Positions 1 through 9,399 of a DNA stretch of 64,000 nt are shown piece by piece (within the stretch, counting starts at the first letter, position 1; each line of letters opens with the position of its first letter). The DNA comes from Terriglobia bacterium (lineage in GTDB: Bacteria > Acidobacteriota > Terriglobia > JAJPHL01 > JAPKYU01). The translations under genes were made by a program, and so were the position numbers. Location: assembly GCA_965206645.1 (NCBI GenBank), contig CBDBKE010000003.1:320001-384000 (forward strand), given 5' to 3'. The notes below the pieces were generated by a model, which had not been told where the DNA came from, made no database searches, and saw nothing but the letters and a program-made list of their open reading frames with translations.

Positions 1-1
1 T

Positions 2-181
2 GACTTCCTATCGGCTTTACAGTTCGTCGGTTACGAGGGCGCTCTCTCGATCGAGATGGAGTGTGATTATTTTGATGTCAAAGAGGGACTTGAAAAGTCG
101 ATTGAGTTTCTAAAGCCACTTATTCCAAAAAAGCTGCCCGGCAAACGGTGGTGGGGATATGCCGGGTGGGAGATGCCCTGA
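2..181 (+). CDS. 3' end of a sugar phosphate isomerase/epimerase (xylose isomerase-like TIM barrel), partial
   Basis: Frame 2 translates as DFLSALQFVGYEGALSIEMECDYFDVKEGLEKSIEFLKPL...*, resembling the GY-x-G-x-x-SIE C-terminus of this family; stop TGA at 179-181. Confidence 0.6.
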   Translation, partial: DFLSALQFVGYEGALSIEMECDYFDVKEGLEKSIEFLKPLIPKKLPGKRWWGYAGWEMP

Positions 182-322
182 GAGCTCGTGGGAGTTTGAG
201 ACGTTTTTTAAAGGAAAAGACCTGCTCTTAGGATTCCATCCGGTGCAACCCCGGCATCTGCCCAAATACGCTGCGGTTCTCGTCACCTTCGGAGGATTGG
301 TTCATATCCTTCAAACGGAGCG

Positions 323-1060
323 TCACCTCGCGGTGGACATCTTGAGGTCGGTGGAGCGCATTACCGCAACGTTTTTCTCTTTGAAGGAGGCGCGCATCTT
401 GTCGACGCTACCGGTGGGAAACCCGACCGCTCGCGTCGCATCCTCAACGACCACCGGTTCAAAGCCCTCGGATACCGCCCCTTCAGCCGACCAGCCTACG
501 CAGTAGTCGAACGCCAATCCCACCAAGAAGCAACGGCGCACCCCTCGGTGGCGGAGCCGTTCGGCCAAGCCCGTCGCACGCCGGAGGTTGTCGAAAAAAC
601 CGCTGTAGGAGTCGAACTTGGGGTCCAGACCCTTCCCCTGGACAAAGGCGAAGTCCGATTCCGACAGCGCCGGGTGCAGTTCCGCCTCCGTCGTGCCGGC
701 AATGGCATGATCGGGCCAGAGGACCTGCACCTGGACCTCGCTGAGGTATTGTTTCAATTCGGCCAGCGTGAACCCGGCGTGCGGTGCCAAGCAATGCTGT
801 GCTTCGGTCCAGGCCGCAACGGCTGCCGGCGTCAGAGGTGTCATTGGCGCAAAGTCAACGTAGGAACTGGCCAACGAAATATGCCCGCGCGGGTGCTGGT
901 CCTTGGTGGCGAGCCGGCGCGAGGGCGGGAAGCTCTCCATCAGTTTCCGCACCACCGGCACCACCTGATCGCCCTCCTCGACGGGCAGGCCGCCGCCGGG
1001 CATGAACGTCGGCTGCACGTCTACGACGAGCAGCGCATCTGTCTCCAAGTTCAGCAGCAT
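323..1060 (-). CDS. pncA: Nicotinamidase/pyrazinamidase (isochorismatase family)
   Basis: LLVVDVQPTF, GGLPV, D-x-H, WPDHA, KG...DSYSGF and GLAFDYCV motifs. Confidence 0.9.
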   Translation of the reverse strand: MLLNLETDALLVVDVQPTFMPGGGLPVEEGDQVVPVVRKLMESFPPSRRLATKDQHPRGHISLASSYVDFAPMTPLTPAAVAAWTEAQHCLAPHAGFTLAELKQYLSEVQVQVLWPDHAIAGTTEAELHPALSESDFAFVQGKGLDPKFDSYSGFFDNLRRATGLAERLRHRGVRRCFLVGLAFDYCVGWSAEGAVSEGFEPVVVEDATRAVGFPTGSVDKMRASFKEKNVAVMRSTDLKMSTAR

Positions 1061-1160
1061 GTTCTCCTACCTTCGAGCACTGAGGGAACCGCGCCGCAGA
1101 GCGCGACTCTATCACGGGAGGACAGCTTCGCAGACCCGGTGGCTAAAGGTGATCGCGCGA

Positions 1161-1454
1161 TTAGACGGTGGGTGAGGAGACCACCTGAAACGATTTCCGC
1201 GAGGGCTGAGGAGAGGGGGGTTGTTCCGCTTCCGTGGGATCGGAGTTGCGGTAGCGGAAGGCGAGCAAGAGAATGCTGCCCATAATGGCCACAGGAGGAA
1301 TCAGCAAGACCAGGATACCCAGGTTCAGTGCCTTTATAGCCTCCGAGTCCTGGGCCGCGGCCGTGCTGTAGCACATGGCACACTGCGCGGCGGCAGACGA
1401 AGCAGTGACCGCCAGAAGCAGGAGAACGAGGGCGAGGGCACGAGGGAAGGTCAC
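1161..1454 (-). CDS. Small exported membrane protein with a CAMC motif, last gene of the oxidase operon
   Basis: Signal peptide, AQCAMC, one further TM helix; 4-bp overlap with the upstream gene. Confidence 0.7.
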   Translation of the reverse strand: MTFPRALALVLLLLAVTASSAAAQCAMCYSTAAAQDSEAIKALNLGILVLLIPPVAIMGSILLLAFRYRNSDPTEAEQPPSPQPSRKSFQVVSSPTV

Positions 1455-1762
1455 GGCTGGCCCAACTCCAGGATGCGGAGGCTATCCGGGTAAAACACGA
1501 ACAGCAGGCTGATGGCGACCACTAGCGCGGGAACCAGCGTCAATACCAGCCGCAATCGCTCGAATCGCAGGTGCATGAAGTAGGACATGATCAGGGCTGC
1601 CTTGACTATGGAGAGGCCCATCAGCAGGGTGAGCATCGGTACGGGCGGCAGTTGCAGGTAGGCGAGGAATATCTCCACACCGGTGAGGCCGAGCAGCCAG
1701 CCCCAGACAGCTAAGTAAAGCCGGTTTCCGGCTCCGGCGTGCTCCTCGCTATGCGCGCTCAT
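1451..1762 (-). CDS. Cytochrome c oxidase subunit IV family protein
   Basis: Three TM helices, LTGVE and KAALIMSYFMHLRFE motifs. Confidence 0.85.
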   Translation of the reverse strand: MSAHSEEHAGAGNRLYLAVWGWLLGLTGVEIFLAYLQLPPVPMLTLLMGLSIVKAALIMSYFMHLRFERLRLVLTLVPALVVAISLLFVFYPDSLRILELGQP

Positions 1763-1781
1763 ATGCCTCCTTCCCTGCCCG

Positions 1782-2405
1782 CTAGATCTTGGTCGACATC
1801 AAATAGACGAGCGGGAAAATGAACATCCAGACCAAATCTACAAAGTGCCAGTACAGCCCGCTGACCTCCACGTCCGTTCCACTCCAGCGACCGGCGCGGA
1901 ACCCCAGGGCCACGATCGTCAGGTAAATCACCCCGATGGCGACGTGGGTCATGTGCAGGCCGGTCAGAGTAAAGAAGGTGGCTCCGAACAGGGGTGAACC
2001 CCAGGGGTTGCTGAACGGCCTCATCCCCTCGTGGATCAGACCGAGCCACTCATTCGCGTGGAGCACGATAAACGCCAGGCCGCCCGCGATGGTGGCGAAA
2101 AGCCATCGGGCCGCCTGCTTGCGGCGGTCCTGATGGGCAGCGGCAACCGCCATCACCATGGTCAAGCTGCTCGAGAGCAGGCAGAAGGTCATGATACTGG
2201 CCAGCGCGATACTGGAGCCATGAAACGGAGTGGGCCAGTCAGTGCTGGCCAGGCGCACGTAGCTGTAGGTTACCAATAACACGGAGAAGGTGAGCGAGTC
2301 GGAGACAATGAACAGCCACATGCCCAGCTTCTTCGAGGGCACCGCATAGGGGCGTACCCCGCCGCCCCAAATCTCCGCCCGAGCCTGTGCTGTTGCGTCA
2401 GACAA
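1782..2405 (-). CDS. Cytochrome c oxidase subunit III (second copy)
   Basis: GMWLFIVSD, FFTLTGLHMTHV, GLYWHFVDLVW. Confidence 0.9.
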   Translation of the reverse strand: MSDATAQARAEIWGGGVRPYAVPSKKLGMWLFIVSDSLTFSVLLVTYSYVRLASTDWPTPFHGSSIALASIMTFCLLSSSLTMVMAVAAAHQDRRKQAARWLFATIAGGLAFIVLHANEWLGLIHEGMRPFSNPWGSPLFGATFFTLTGLHMTHVAIGVIYLTIVALGFRAGRWSGTDVEVSGLYWHFVDLVWMFIFPLVYLMSTKI

Positions 2406-2411
2406 TTTTCC

Positions 2412-3056
2412 CTACCTCCAAACCAGAAACAGCAAAAAGATGAAGACCCACAAACCACCCAGGAAATGCCAGTAGACGGCGGTCACCTCCACCGCGGCGC
2501 GCGGGGCCGGACCCGCTCCCGCGCGCGCCGCCTGGAAAGCTACATAGAGCAGCGCAACTTCGCCGCCCAGCAGGTGCAGGCCGTGGGCGGCTGTCAACAA
2601 GTAAAAGAAGGAGCTGCTGGGATTGCTGGCCAGATAGACGCCGCGATCCGTCAGTTGCCACCATGCTCCCAGTTGGCCGACCAGGAACGCCACGCCTAGG
2701 GCTGTGGTCGCCGACCACCAGCGGCTAAACCCGTCTCGCAGCCCGCGGTTCAAGCAATCGCGAGCGCGCTCCAGGGCCAGGCTGCTGGCTGCCAGCAGCG
2801 CCGTATTCAACCACAGGATGGCAGGCAGCTCCAGAGGTTGCCAGTCCTTGCCGAGACCACGGCGCACGATGTAGGCGCTGGAAAAGGCGACAAACATCAT
2901 CATGATGGGCGCCAGGGCAATCCAGATACCCGTGCGGTAGACGCGCCGGTTGGGTTGGGGACCGGCACGGCCTCCTTCATCACCGAAGCCGCCGTTGCGC
3001 GGGCCACGTCCCCCGACGCCCGGGACTTTCTCCACAGTTTCAGAAGCAACCGGCAT
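2412..3056 (-). CDS. Cytochrome c oxidase subunit III (first copy)
   Basis: FSSAYIVR, SFFYLLTAAHGLHL, YWHFLGGLW. Confidence 0.9.
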   Translation of the reverse strand: MPVASETVEKVPGVGGRGPRNGGFGDEGGRAGPQPNRRVYRTGIWIALAPIMMMFVAFSSAYIVRRGLGKDWQPLELPAILWLNTALLAASSLALERARDCLNRGLRDGFSRWWSATTALGVAFLVGQLGAWWQLTDRGVYLASNPSSSFFYLLTAAHGLHLLGGEVALLYVAFQAARAGAGPAPRAAVEVTAVYWHFLGGLWVFIFLLFLVWR

Positions 3057-4798
3057 CAGGTTTTTACAGCCTCCGGCGGAGCGTCTTGCATGATGTAGTC
3101 CCGCGGCGCGCCGGGCACACCGTACTCATACGGCCCATGATTAACAACGGGCTCCCGCCCTGCGAAATTATCGTGGGGCGGCGGCGAGGGAACGGTCCAT
3201 TCCAGAGTGGTCGCCTCCCAGGGATTCTCGCTCGCCTTCGCACCCTTGAACATGCTCCAGAACAGGTTGAACAGGAAGACCAGCTGAGCGGCAGCTGTGA
3301 CGAAGGCGGCAATGGTGATGAAGACATGTACCGGCTCCAGCGGCGCCAGAAAATCCACCCCGCTAATCTCCGAGTAGCGCCGCGGGTGCCCCACCATGCC
3401 CAGGAAGTGCATGGGCATGAAAATGGCGTAGACACCCACGAAGGTGAACCAGAAGTGGATCCGGCCCAAGGTCTCGTTCATCATGCGGCCGAACATCTTG
3501 GGGAACCAGTAGTAGGTGCCGGCAAAGATGCCGAAGATGGCGGCCACGCCCATAATCATGTGGAAGTGGGCGACCACGAAATAGGTGTCGTGGAAATAGA
3601 TGTCCACCGAAGGCTGGCCGAGGAAGATGCCGCTGAGCCCGCCGGTGACAAACAGCGACACAAAGCCCAGCGCAAACAGCATTGGAGTGGCAAAGCGGAT
3701 GTTGGCTCCCCACAGGGTCCCCAGCCAGTTGAACGTCTTGATGGCGGAGGGCACGGCGATGGCCATGGTCAGCACCGAGAAGGCCAGGCTGGAGTAAGGG
3801 CTCATCCCGCTGATAAACATGTGATGGCCCCACACGAAGAAGCCCAGCATGCCGATGCCCAGGAGGGCGTACACCATCGCCCGGTAGCCAAAAATGGGCT
3901 TGCGGGCGAAGGTGGACAGGATCTGGGAGGTGGCGCCCATGCCGGGCAGAATGGCGATATAGACCTCCGGGTGGCCGAAAAACCAGAACAGGTGCTGCCA
4001 AAGCAGTGGTGAGCCGCCCTTGTGATCAATAATCCGGTCACTGAGGATTAGCCCGCCGGGGACGAAAAAGCTGGTGCCCGCCGAGCGATCCATGATCAGC
4101 AGGATGCCAGCGGCGGCCAGCACCGCAAAGGCCAGCAGGGCCAGAATCGCGGTGGTGAACCAGGCCCAGACCGTCAGGGGGAGGCGCATCAGCGACAGCC
4201 CCCGGGCCCGCAAGTCCAGTGTGGTCACGATGAAATTCAGAGCTCCCAGCAGTGAGCCAGCACAGAAAAAGACCAGGCTGACGATCCACAGCGTTTGTCC
4301 CATTCCCTGACCGGGGGCGGCTCCGGGCAGCGCGCTCAGCGGCGGGTAGGCGGTCCAGCCGCCGCTGGCGGGCCCGCCAACGACAAAAAAGGAAGCGACC
4401 AGGACGCACAACCCGACGAAGGTCACCCAGAAGGAAAGCATATTCAGGATTGGGAAGGCCATGTCAGCCGCGCCAATCTGAATGGGCAGCACGTAATTGC
4501 CAAAGCCGCCCTGCGGCGCGGTGGTCAGCACAAAAAACACCATCAGCGTTCCGTGCATGGTCATCAGCGCCAGGTAGGTTTCCGGCTTCATGATGCCCAT
4601 CCCGGGCAATTCAGCCGATGGCCACACCAGGTGGAACCGCATCAGCATCGACAGGCCCATTGCCAGGAACACCGAGAACAGAGCCAGCATGTAATACTGA
4701 ATGCCGATGACCTTGTGGTCGGTGCTGAAGATGTACCTGCGGATGAAGCTCTTAGGAGCTTCGTGGGCAACGGCATGTGCATGCGCCATCTCTGCCAT
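3056..4798 (-). CDS. ctaD: Cytochrome c oxidase subunit I, A1-type heme-copper oxidase
   Basis: STDHKVIG, MHG, WFFGHPEVY, VWGHHMF, HDTYFVVAHFH, PRR. Confidence 0.97.
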   Translation of the reverse strand: MAEMAHAHAVAHEAPKSFIRRYIFSTDHKVIGIQYYMLALFSVFLAMGLSMLMRFHLVWPSAELPGMGIMKPETYLALMTMHGTLMVFFVLTTAPQGGFGNYVLPIQIGAADMAFPILNMLSFWVTFVGLCVLVASFFVVGGPASGGWTAYPPLSALPGAAPGQGMGQTLWIVSLVFFCAGSLLGALNFIVTTLDLRARGLSLMRLPLTVWAWFTTAILALLAFAVLAAAGILLIMDRSAGTSFFVPGGLILSDRIIDHKGGSPLLWQHLFWFFGHPEVYIAILPGMGATSQILSTFARKPIFGYRAMVYALLGIGMLGFFVWGHHMFISGMSPYSSLAFSVLTMAIAVPSAIKTFNWLGTLWGANIRFATPMLFALGFVSLFVTGGLSGIFLGQPSVDIYFHDTYFVVAHFHMIMGVAAIFGIFAGTYYWFPKMFGRMMNETLGRIHFWFTFVGVYAIFMPMHFLGMVGHPRRYSEISGVDFLAPLEPVHVFITIAAFVTAAAQLVFLFNLFWSMFKGAKASENPWEATTLEWTVPSPPPHDNFAGREPVVNHGPYEYGVPGAPRDYIMQDAPPEAVKT

Positions 4799-4835
4799 CG
4801 CTAGTCCTCCTCAGCACCTCCGGCCCTTCCGGCCG

Positions 4836-5624
4836 TTACTCAACTGCTCGTTCTTCCAACCACTTCTCATAGTCTTGCTCCGAAAGCACATCCAGGAAAC
4901 TGCGCATCTTGTAGTGCCCCAGGCCGCATAGCTCAGCGCAGACGATCTCGTATTGGCCGACCCGGGTGGCAGTGAAATGCGCGCGGATCACCATGCCCGG
5001 CACGGTGTCTTGCTTGAGCCGCAACTCGCGCACAAAGAAGCTGTGGGTCACGTCTTTGGAGCGCAGGATCAGCTCCACCGGGCGGTTGATGGGCACCGCC
5101 ATAGTCGGCACCACAATGTCATCGCCGGCAGCGGCATCCGTGTCATCCAGGCCCAAGGGATTGCCGGCCGCATCGTTCACCAAGTGGATGTCAGTGCGGC
5201 CGAACTTGCCGTCCGGGCCCGGGTAGCGAATGTTCCAGACAAACTGCTGGCCTACCACCTCAATCTGCATAGCCCCGCGCGGTGCCCTGGCGAAGTAGCG
5301 CTCGGCCCAGACCTTCTGCCCCACCAGATTGATCCCGATGAACATGATGGCGGTGGCTATCGTCCAGACCACTTCCATCCGGTTGCTGCCGTGGGAGTAG
5401 CGAGACTGCTGGCCCCGAGCGCGGTAGCGGAAGATCAGCCATCCCAGCCCAATTTGGGCCGCGAAGAAAATGATGCCGCAGAGCACGAACGTCCAGATGA
5501 TCTGCTGGTCAATGGCGCCCCCGTGTTCGGAGGCCAGCACCGGAAACCACCAGTACTGCCCGGCGAACCCAACTATGCTGGAAATGGTGATCAGGGCCAA
5601 CACTAGGGCCAACGCTAGCGCCAT
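4836..5624 (-). CDS. ctaC: Cytochrome c oxidase subunit II (CuA, no fused cytochrome c)
   Basis: DVTHSF and CAELCGLGHYKM CuA ligands; ATG at 5624 preceded by GAGGA. Confidence 0.95.
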   Translation of the reverse strand: MALALALVLALITISSIVGFAGQYWWFPVLASEHGGAIDQQIIWTFVLCGIIFFAAQIGLGWLIFRYRARGQQSRYSHGSNRMEVVWTIATAIMFIGINLVGQKVWAERYFARAPRGAMQIEVVGQQFVWNIRYPGPDGKFGRTDIHLVNDAAGNPLGLDDTDAAAGDDIVVPTMAVPINRPVELILRSKDVTHSFFVRELRLKQDTVPGMVIRAHFTATRVGQYEIVCAELCGLGHYKMRSFLDVLSEQDYEKWLEERAVE

Positions 5625-5843
5625 GGTAAGATATCCTCGCTCGAGTCGGGAAACATCAGGCCTTGAGTCCAATCCAACCTGGCAACCTTGGAACCGGACA
5701 ATTTAACCTAACATAGGGCAAACCGGTCAAGTGTATCTTTACTGTTCGCGCCTTTGGACTGTTCGCTTCTTTGGGGGCGTTGGCCGGGGAGCCTGTCCGG
5801 GAGCGCAGACCGAGGTGGAATCCCTGAAGCACAAGGAGTCTCG

Positions 5844-6011
5844 ATGGAAACCGAACGCCTTTCCAGTTTTCAAACGACGCCGGCAGACGCCAATTACAAA
5901 TGCGGCCAGTGCGGCAACGTCTTAAGCTTGAAGAAGGGACAACTGCTGCCGCCCTGCCCCAAGTGCGGCTTCCGCCAGTTTGATCAAACCGAGGCCAGCG
6001 CGGAGTGTTGA
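5844..6011 (+). CDS. Small zinc-ribbon protein (55 aa)
   Basis: AAGGAG RBS before ATG 5844; YKCGQCG...LPPCPKCG. Confidence 0.7.
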   Translation: METERLSSFQTTPADANYKCGQCGNVLSLKKGQLLPPCPKCGFRQFDQTEASAEC

Positions 6012-6035
6012 GCTATTCCAGCAGGCCTGCCACGC

Positions 6036-6437
6036 TCACGGGGGCGGTGCGCCCACTGCCTGCAAGGCTGCCGTTTCGTTGGGAAATGAAGGCCATGGCG
6101 CGAAGATGCGCACGTAGCGCATCGGCTCGGCGGCCACCCCGGAGGGCATCACGATTTTCAGTTCAATCTTCCGCTTGGAACATTCCTCCAGCACCGAAGC
6201 CAGCGCCATGATCCCCCTCGTGTCTACATGAGTCACACCACCCAGGCTCAGCACCAGTTGTGCCGGAAGATTACCCAGCCCCGAGCGAAACTTCTCCAGC
6301 AGGCTCTCTGCCTGCTCGGGACGGCTCCATAGGCGTATGTCTCCTTTGACGCGAAAGACCAAGCATTCCCCACGACGCTCCAGTTCCGCTTCCACAGCCT
6401 GTTCCAGCCGCCCAGCCAGCGGCGAGCCCGAGCACAA
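6036..6437 (-). CDS. STAS-domain protein (anti-sigma factor antagonist-like); start uncertain
   Basis: VFRVKGDI...LVLSLGGVTHVDTRGIMAL resembles the STAS D-S/T-x-G motif. Confidence 0.65.
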   Translation of the reverse strand: MCSGSPLAGRLEQAVEAELERRGECLVFRVKGDIRLWSRPEQAESLLEKFRSGLGNLPAQLVLSLGGVTHVDTRGIMALASVLEECSKRKIELKIVMPSGVAAEPMRYVRIFAPWPSFPNETAALQAVGAPPP

Positions 6438-6550
6438 TATCCTTACCCTCGGGCTAATGTCAAACGGTGCGCGGAGCCAAGCCGCTGCAAATGGCTGTGT
6501 GTGAGTTGAGGGAGGATGCAGGGCTGGTTTGAAACGGAAGCTTCGGCCAA

Positions 6551-6593
6551 GCTATCCGGATTCCAAAATACAGGCTATTCGGATTTCCAAATA
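6551..6593. promoter_or_regulatory. Imperfect 20-bp direct repeat between the divergent STAS and TPR genes
   Basis: gctatccggattccaaaata (6551) and gctattcggatttccaaata (6574), 23-bp period. Confidence 0.4.
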
Positions 6594-6659
6594 GTTGTAT
6601 CATCGTCCGGGGGGGAGCTGAAGACCGGCCCTCATACAGTAAGGAGACTAGAGACCAGT

Positions 6660-7511
6660 ATGACAAGAACAAGAATTTCATGGCTGCTGCTGGGAGTCTT
6701 GTGTTTGGCTGCTTTTGCCGTGGCTCAAGGCAACGCATGGCAGAAGTACATCATGGCCGGTGCCAAGGCCTACCGAAGTGGTCAGTACGCCAAAGCTGAG
6801 AAACAATGGGTGGCGGCCCTAAAGGAAGCGGGAAAGTTCGGCCAGGAAGACCCCCGCCTGGCCACAACCCTGAACAACCTGGCGGCGCTTTACCAGGCGC
6901 AGAGAAAGTACGCGAAGGCCGAGCCGCTCTACCTACGTGCGTTGGCGATCAAAGGAAAGGCCCTGGGCGAGGAGCATCCGGACCTGGTCCGAAGCCTCAA
7001 CAACCTGGCGGCGCTCTATCGTGCCCAGGACAAGTACAAAGAAGCCGAGCCGCTTTACCAACGAGCGTTGGCGATCCGGGAGAAGGCCCTGGGGAAGCAA
7101 CATCCAGACGTGGCCAAGAGCATCGACAACCTGGCTGAGCTGTATCACGATATGGGCGGGCGCGCGCGGAATCAGGTCGGGCGCGCGACGTTATACCGCA
7201 AGGCCGGGGGGCTCTACCGACGCGCGCTGGCCATCCGAGAGAAGGCCCTTGGGCCGCAGCATCTGGACGTGGGTCAGAGCCTCCACAACCTGGCGTTCCT
7301 CTACTCCAACGACAAGGCGTACAAAGAAGCCGAGCCGCTTTATAAGCGGTCACTGGCGATTTCTGAGAACGCCTTCGGGCCGCAGCATCCCAAGGTGGCC
7401 ACCATCTTGGAGAACTACGCCAAGATGCTACGCAAGACGAAGCTCAGCGATGGTGATGCGGCCAAGCTGGAAGCCCGTGCCAAGGCCATCCGCACCAAGC
7501 ACGCCAAATAG
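6660..7511 (+). CDS. Secreted tetratricopeptide repeat protein (42-aa kinesin light chain-type repeats)
   Basis: Signal peptide; repeated LNNLAALY...AEPLY-RALAI-EKALG--HP units. Confidence 0.9.
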   Translation: MTRTRISWLLLGVLCLAAFAVAQGNAWQKYIMAGAKAYRSGQYAKAEKQWVAALKEAGKFGQEDPRLATTLNNLAALYQAQRKYAKAEPLYLRALAIKGKALGEEHPDLVRSLNNLAALYRAQDKYKEAEPLYQRALAIREKALGKQHPDVAKSIDNLAELYHDMGGRARNQVGRATLYRKAGGLYRRALAIREKALGPQHLDVGQSLHNLAFLYSNDKAYKEAEPLYKRSLAISENAFGPQHPKVATILENYAKMLRKTKLSDGDAAKLEARAKAIRTKHAK

Positions 7512-7700
7512 AACCCGCCGAGGTAGGCCCTTGGAGTGAGCACTCTGGCAAGGTTCTCAGTATCCCGTCTGGGCTGACCATTCCCCTTGCAATTCAGGAC
7601 TGGGGGGCGTAATAAATGGGGTCCGCGCCAGGAGGTTCACGCAATCTTTAAACTGGCTGGAGGCGCCCTGTGAGCGTTTCAACATAAAGGAGGAAAGGCA

Positions 7701-9206
7701 ATGGCCACTGCTACGCAAACCCATAAGTTGGATGACAAGGTAACCCGCTTTGTTTCAATAACTCAAAAGATGCTCATCAATGGAAAGTGGGTGCAATCTG
7801 CGTCGGGAAAGACATTTGCAACCTATAATCCGGCGACCGGAGAAGTTCTTTCCCAGGTTGCCGAGGGAGACCGAGAGGATATCGATCGCGCAGTTAACTC
7901 GGCCCGGGCTGCATTTGACACCGGGCCGTGGTCAAGGCTCACTGCCTCGGAGCGCGGCTGTCTCATTTGGAAGCTCGCTGATCTCCTAGAAAAGAATCTG
8001 GAAGAGTTCGCTCAACTCGAGTCTCTGGACAATGGCAAGCCGCTCAAAGTTGCCCGCGCCGCCGACGTACCACTTGCGGTCGACCTATTTCGCTATATGG
8101 CCGGGTGGGCGACAAAGATCGAAGGAAATACGATTCCAATTTCTGTCCCCTACACCCCCGGCGTGAAATACCTCGCATATACCCTACGCGAGCCGGTGGG
8201 GGTTGTTGGACAGATCATCCCATGGAATTTCCCGCTCTTGATGGCCGCCTGGAAGCTTGGCCCGGCGCTGGCGGCTGGCTGCACGGTGGTCTTGAAGCCG
8301 GCAGAGCAGACGCCTCTCACCGCTATTCGACTCGGCGAACTGATTCAGGAAGCAGGATTCCCTGACGGAGTTGTCAATATCGTTCCAGGATACGGAGAAA
8401 CGGCTGGCGCAGCGATAGCCGCTCATCCGAAAGTGGATAAAGTTGCGTTCACTGGATCCACCGAGGTAGGAAAGCTGATCATTCAAGCGGCCACCGGAAA
8501 TCTCAAGAAGGTCTCTCTGGAACTTGGCGGCAAATCGCCGAACGTTGTGTTGCACGATGCTGATATGCAAACCGCGATTCCTGGCGCGGCGAGCGCAATA
8601 TTTTTCAACCACGGTCAGTGCTGCTCTGCCGGGTCCCGGCTGTACATCGAGAAAGGATCATTTGACAAGGTGGTGGAAGGCATCGCCGAACAAGCCCAAA
8701 AAATCCATGTCGGCCCTGGTTTGGAGTCCTCCACTGATATGGGCCCCCTGGTTTCCGAGGAACAATTGAATCGGGTCTGCGGTTACCTGGAATCCGGATT
8801 TTCAGAAGGAGCCAAGGCAGTTGTTGGAGGCAGCAGGCTCGGCGACAAAGGATATTTTGTAAAGCCGACAGTGTTGGTGAATACCAACGAAAGAATGAAG
8901 GTAGTCCAAGAGGAAATCTTCGGCCCGGTAGTAACTGCCATTCCGTTTCGTGACGCAAATGAACTCATTGCGCAAGCAAACGACACGATCTACGGATTAG
9001 CGGCAGGCATATGGACCCGCGATATTCAAAAGGCAAACCGCATTGCTTCTCAACTCCGTGCGGGCACCGTTTGGATCAACTGCTACAACATCTTTGATGC
9101 GGCGCTGCCTTTCGGCGGATACAAACAATCCGGATGGGGGCGCGAGATGGGACATGAAGTGCTCGAGGCGTACACCGAAGTGAAGTCGGTCTGCACTCCG
9201 ATCTGA
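7701..9206 (+). CDS. NAD-dependent aldehyde dehydrogenase
   Basis: IIPWNFP, FTGSTEVG, LELGGKSP, FFNHGQCCSAG, EEIFGPV, PFGGYKQSG; strong AGGAGG RBS. Confidence 0.96.
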   Translation: MATATQTHKLDDKVTRFVSITQKMLINGKWVQSASGKTFATYNPATGEVLSQVAEGDREDIDRAVNSARAAFDTGPWSRLTASERGCLIWKLADLLEKNLEEFAQLESLDNGKPLKVARAADVPLAVDLFRYMAGWATKIEGNTIPISVPYTPGVKYLAYTLREPVGVVGQIIPWNFPLLMAAWKLGPALAAGCTVVLKPAEQTPLTAIRLGELIQEAGFPDGVVNIVPGYGETAGAAIAAHPKVDKVAFTGSTEVGKLIIQAATGNLKKVSLELGGKSPNVVLHDADMQTAIPGAASAIFFNHGQCCSAGSRLYIEKGSFDKVVEGIAEQAQKIHVGPGLESSTDMGPLVSEEQLNRVCGYLESGFSEGAKAVVGGSRLGDKGYFVKPTVLVNTNERMKVVQEEIFGPVVTAIPFRDANELIAQANDTIYGLAAGIWTRDIQKANRIASQLRAGTVWINCYNIFDAALPFGGYKQSGWGREMGHEVLEAYTEVKSVCTPI

Positions 9207-9399
9207 CGCTGCGGCTGTTGGGGGCAATGGTGCGGGGGATCGAGGCGCATCGATTGCCTGCGGGGTAGCTGAACCGCTCGGTAAGAGGAGAAGCGTTCGC
9301 TTCGAGCGGAGGAAGTGCCGGACTGGAGGTCTCCTGACGGCTTGAGCGACCCATCGCGCCCAGGGCTGATCCTGCCGGGCCTATCTCTGCCTCTCGAAC

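Noticed and set aside
6860-7420. 126-bp periodic repeats that could suggest CRISPR
   Set aside because: These are coding TPR repeats with no repeat-spacer structure; there are no cas genes
9300-9335. gaggaagtgccggact resembling the RNase P RNA GAGGAAAGTCC motif
   Set aside because: Imperfect match, the gap is only about 190 bp, and there is no 3' P4 partner
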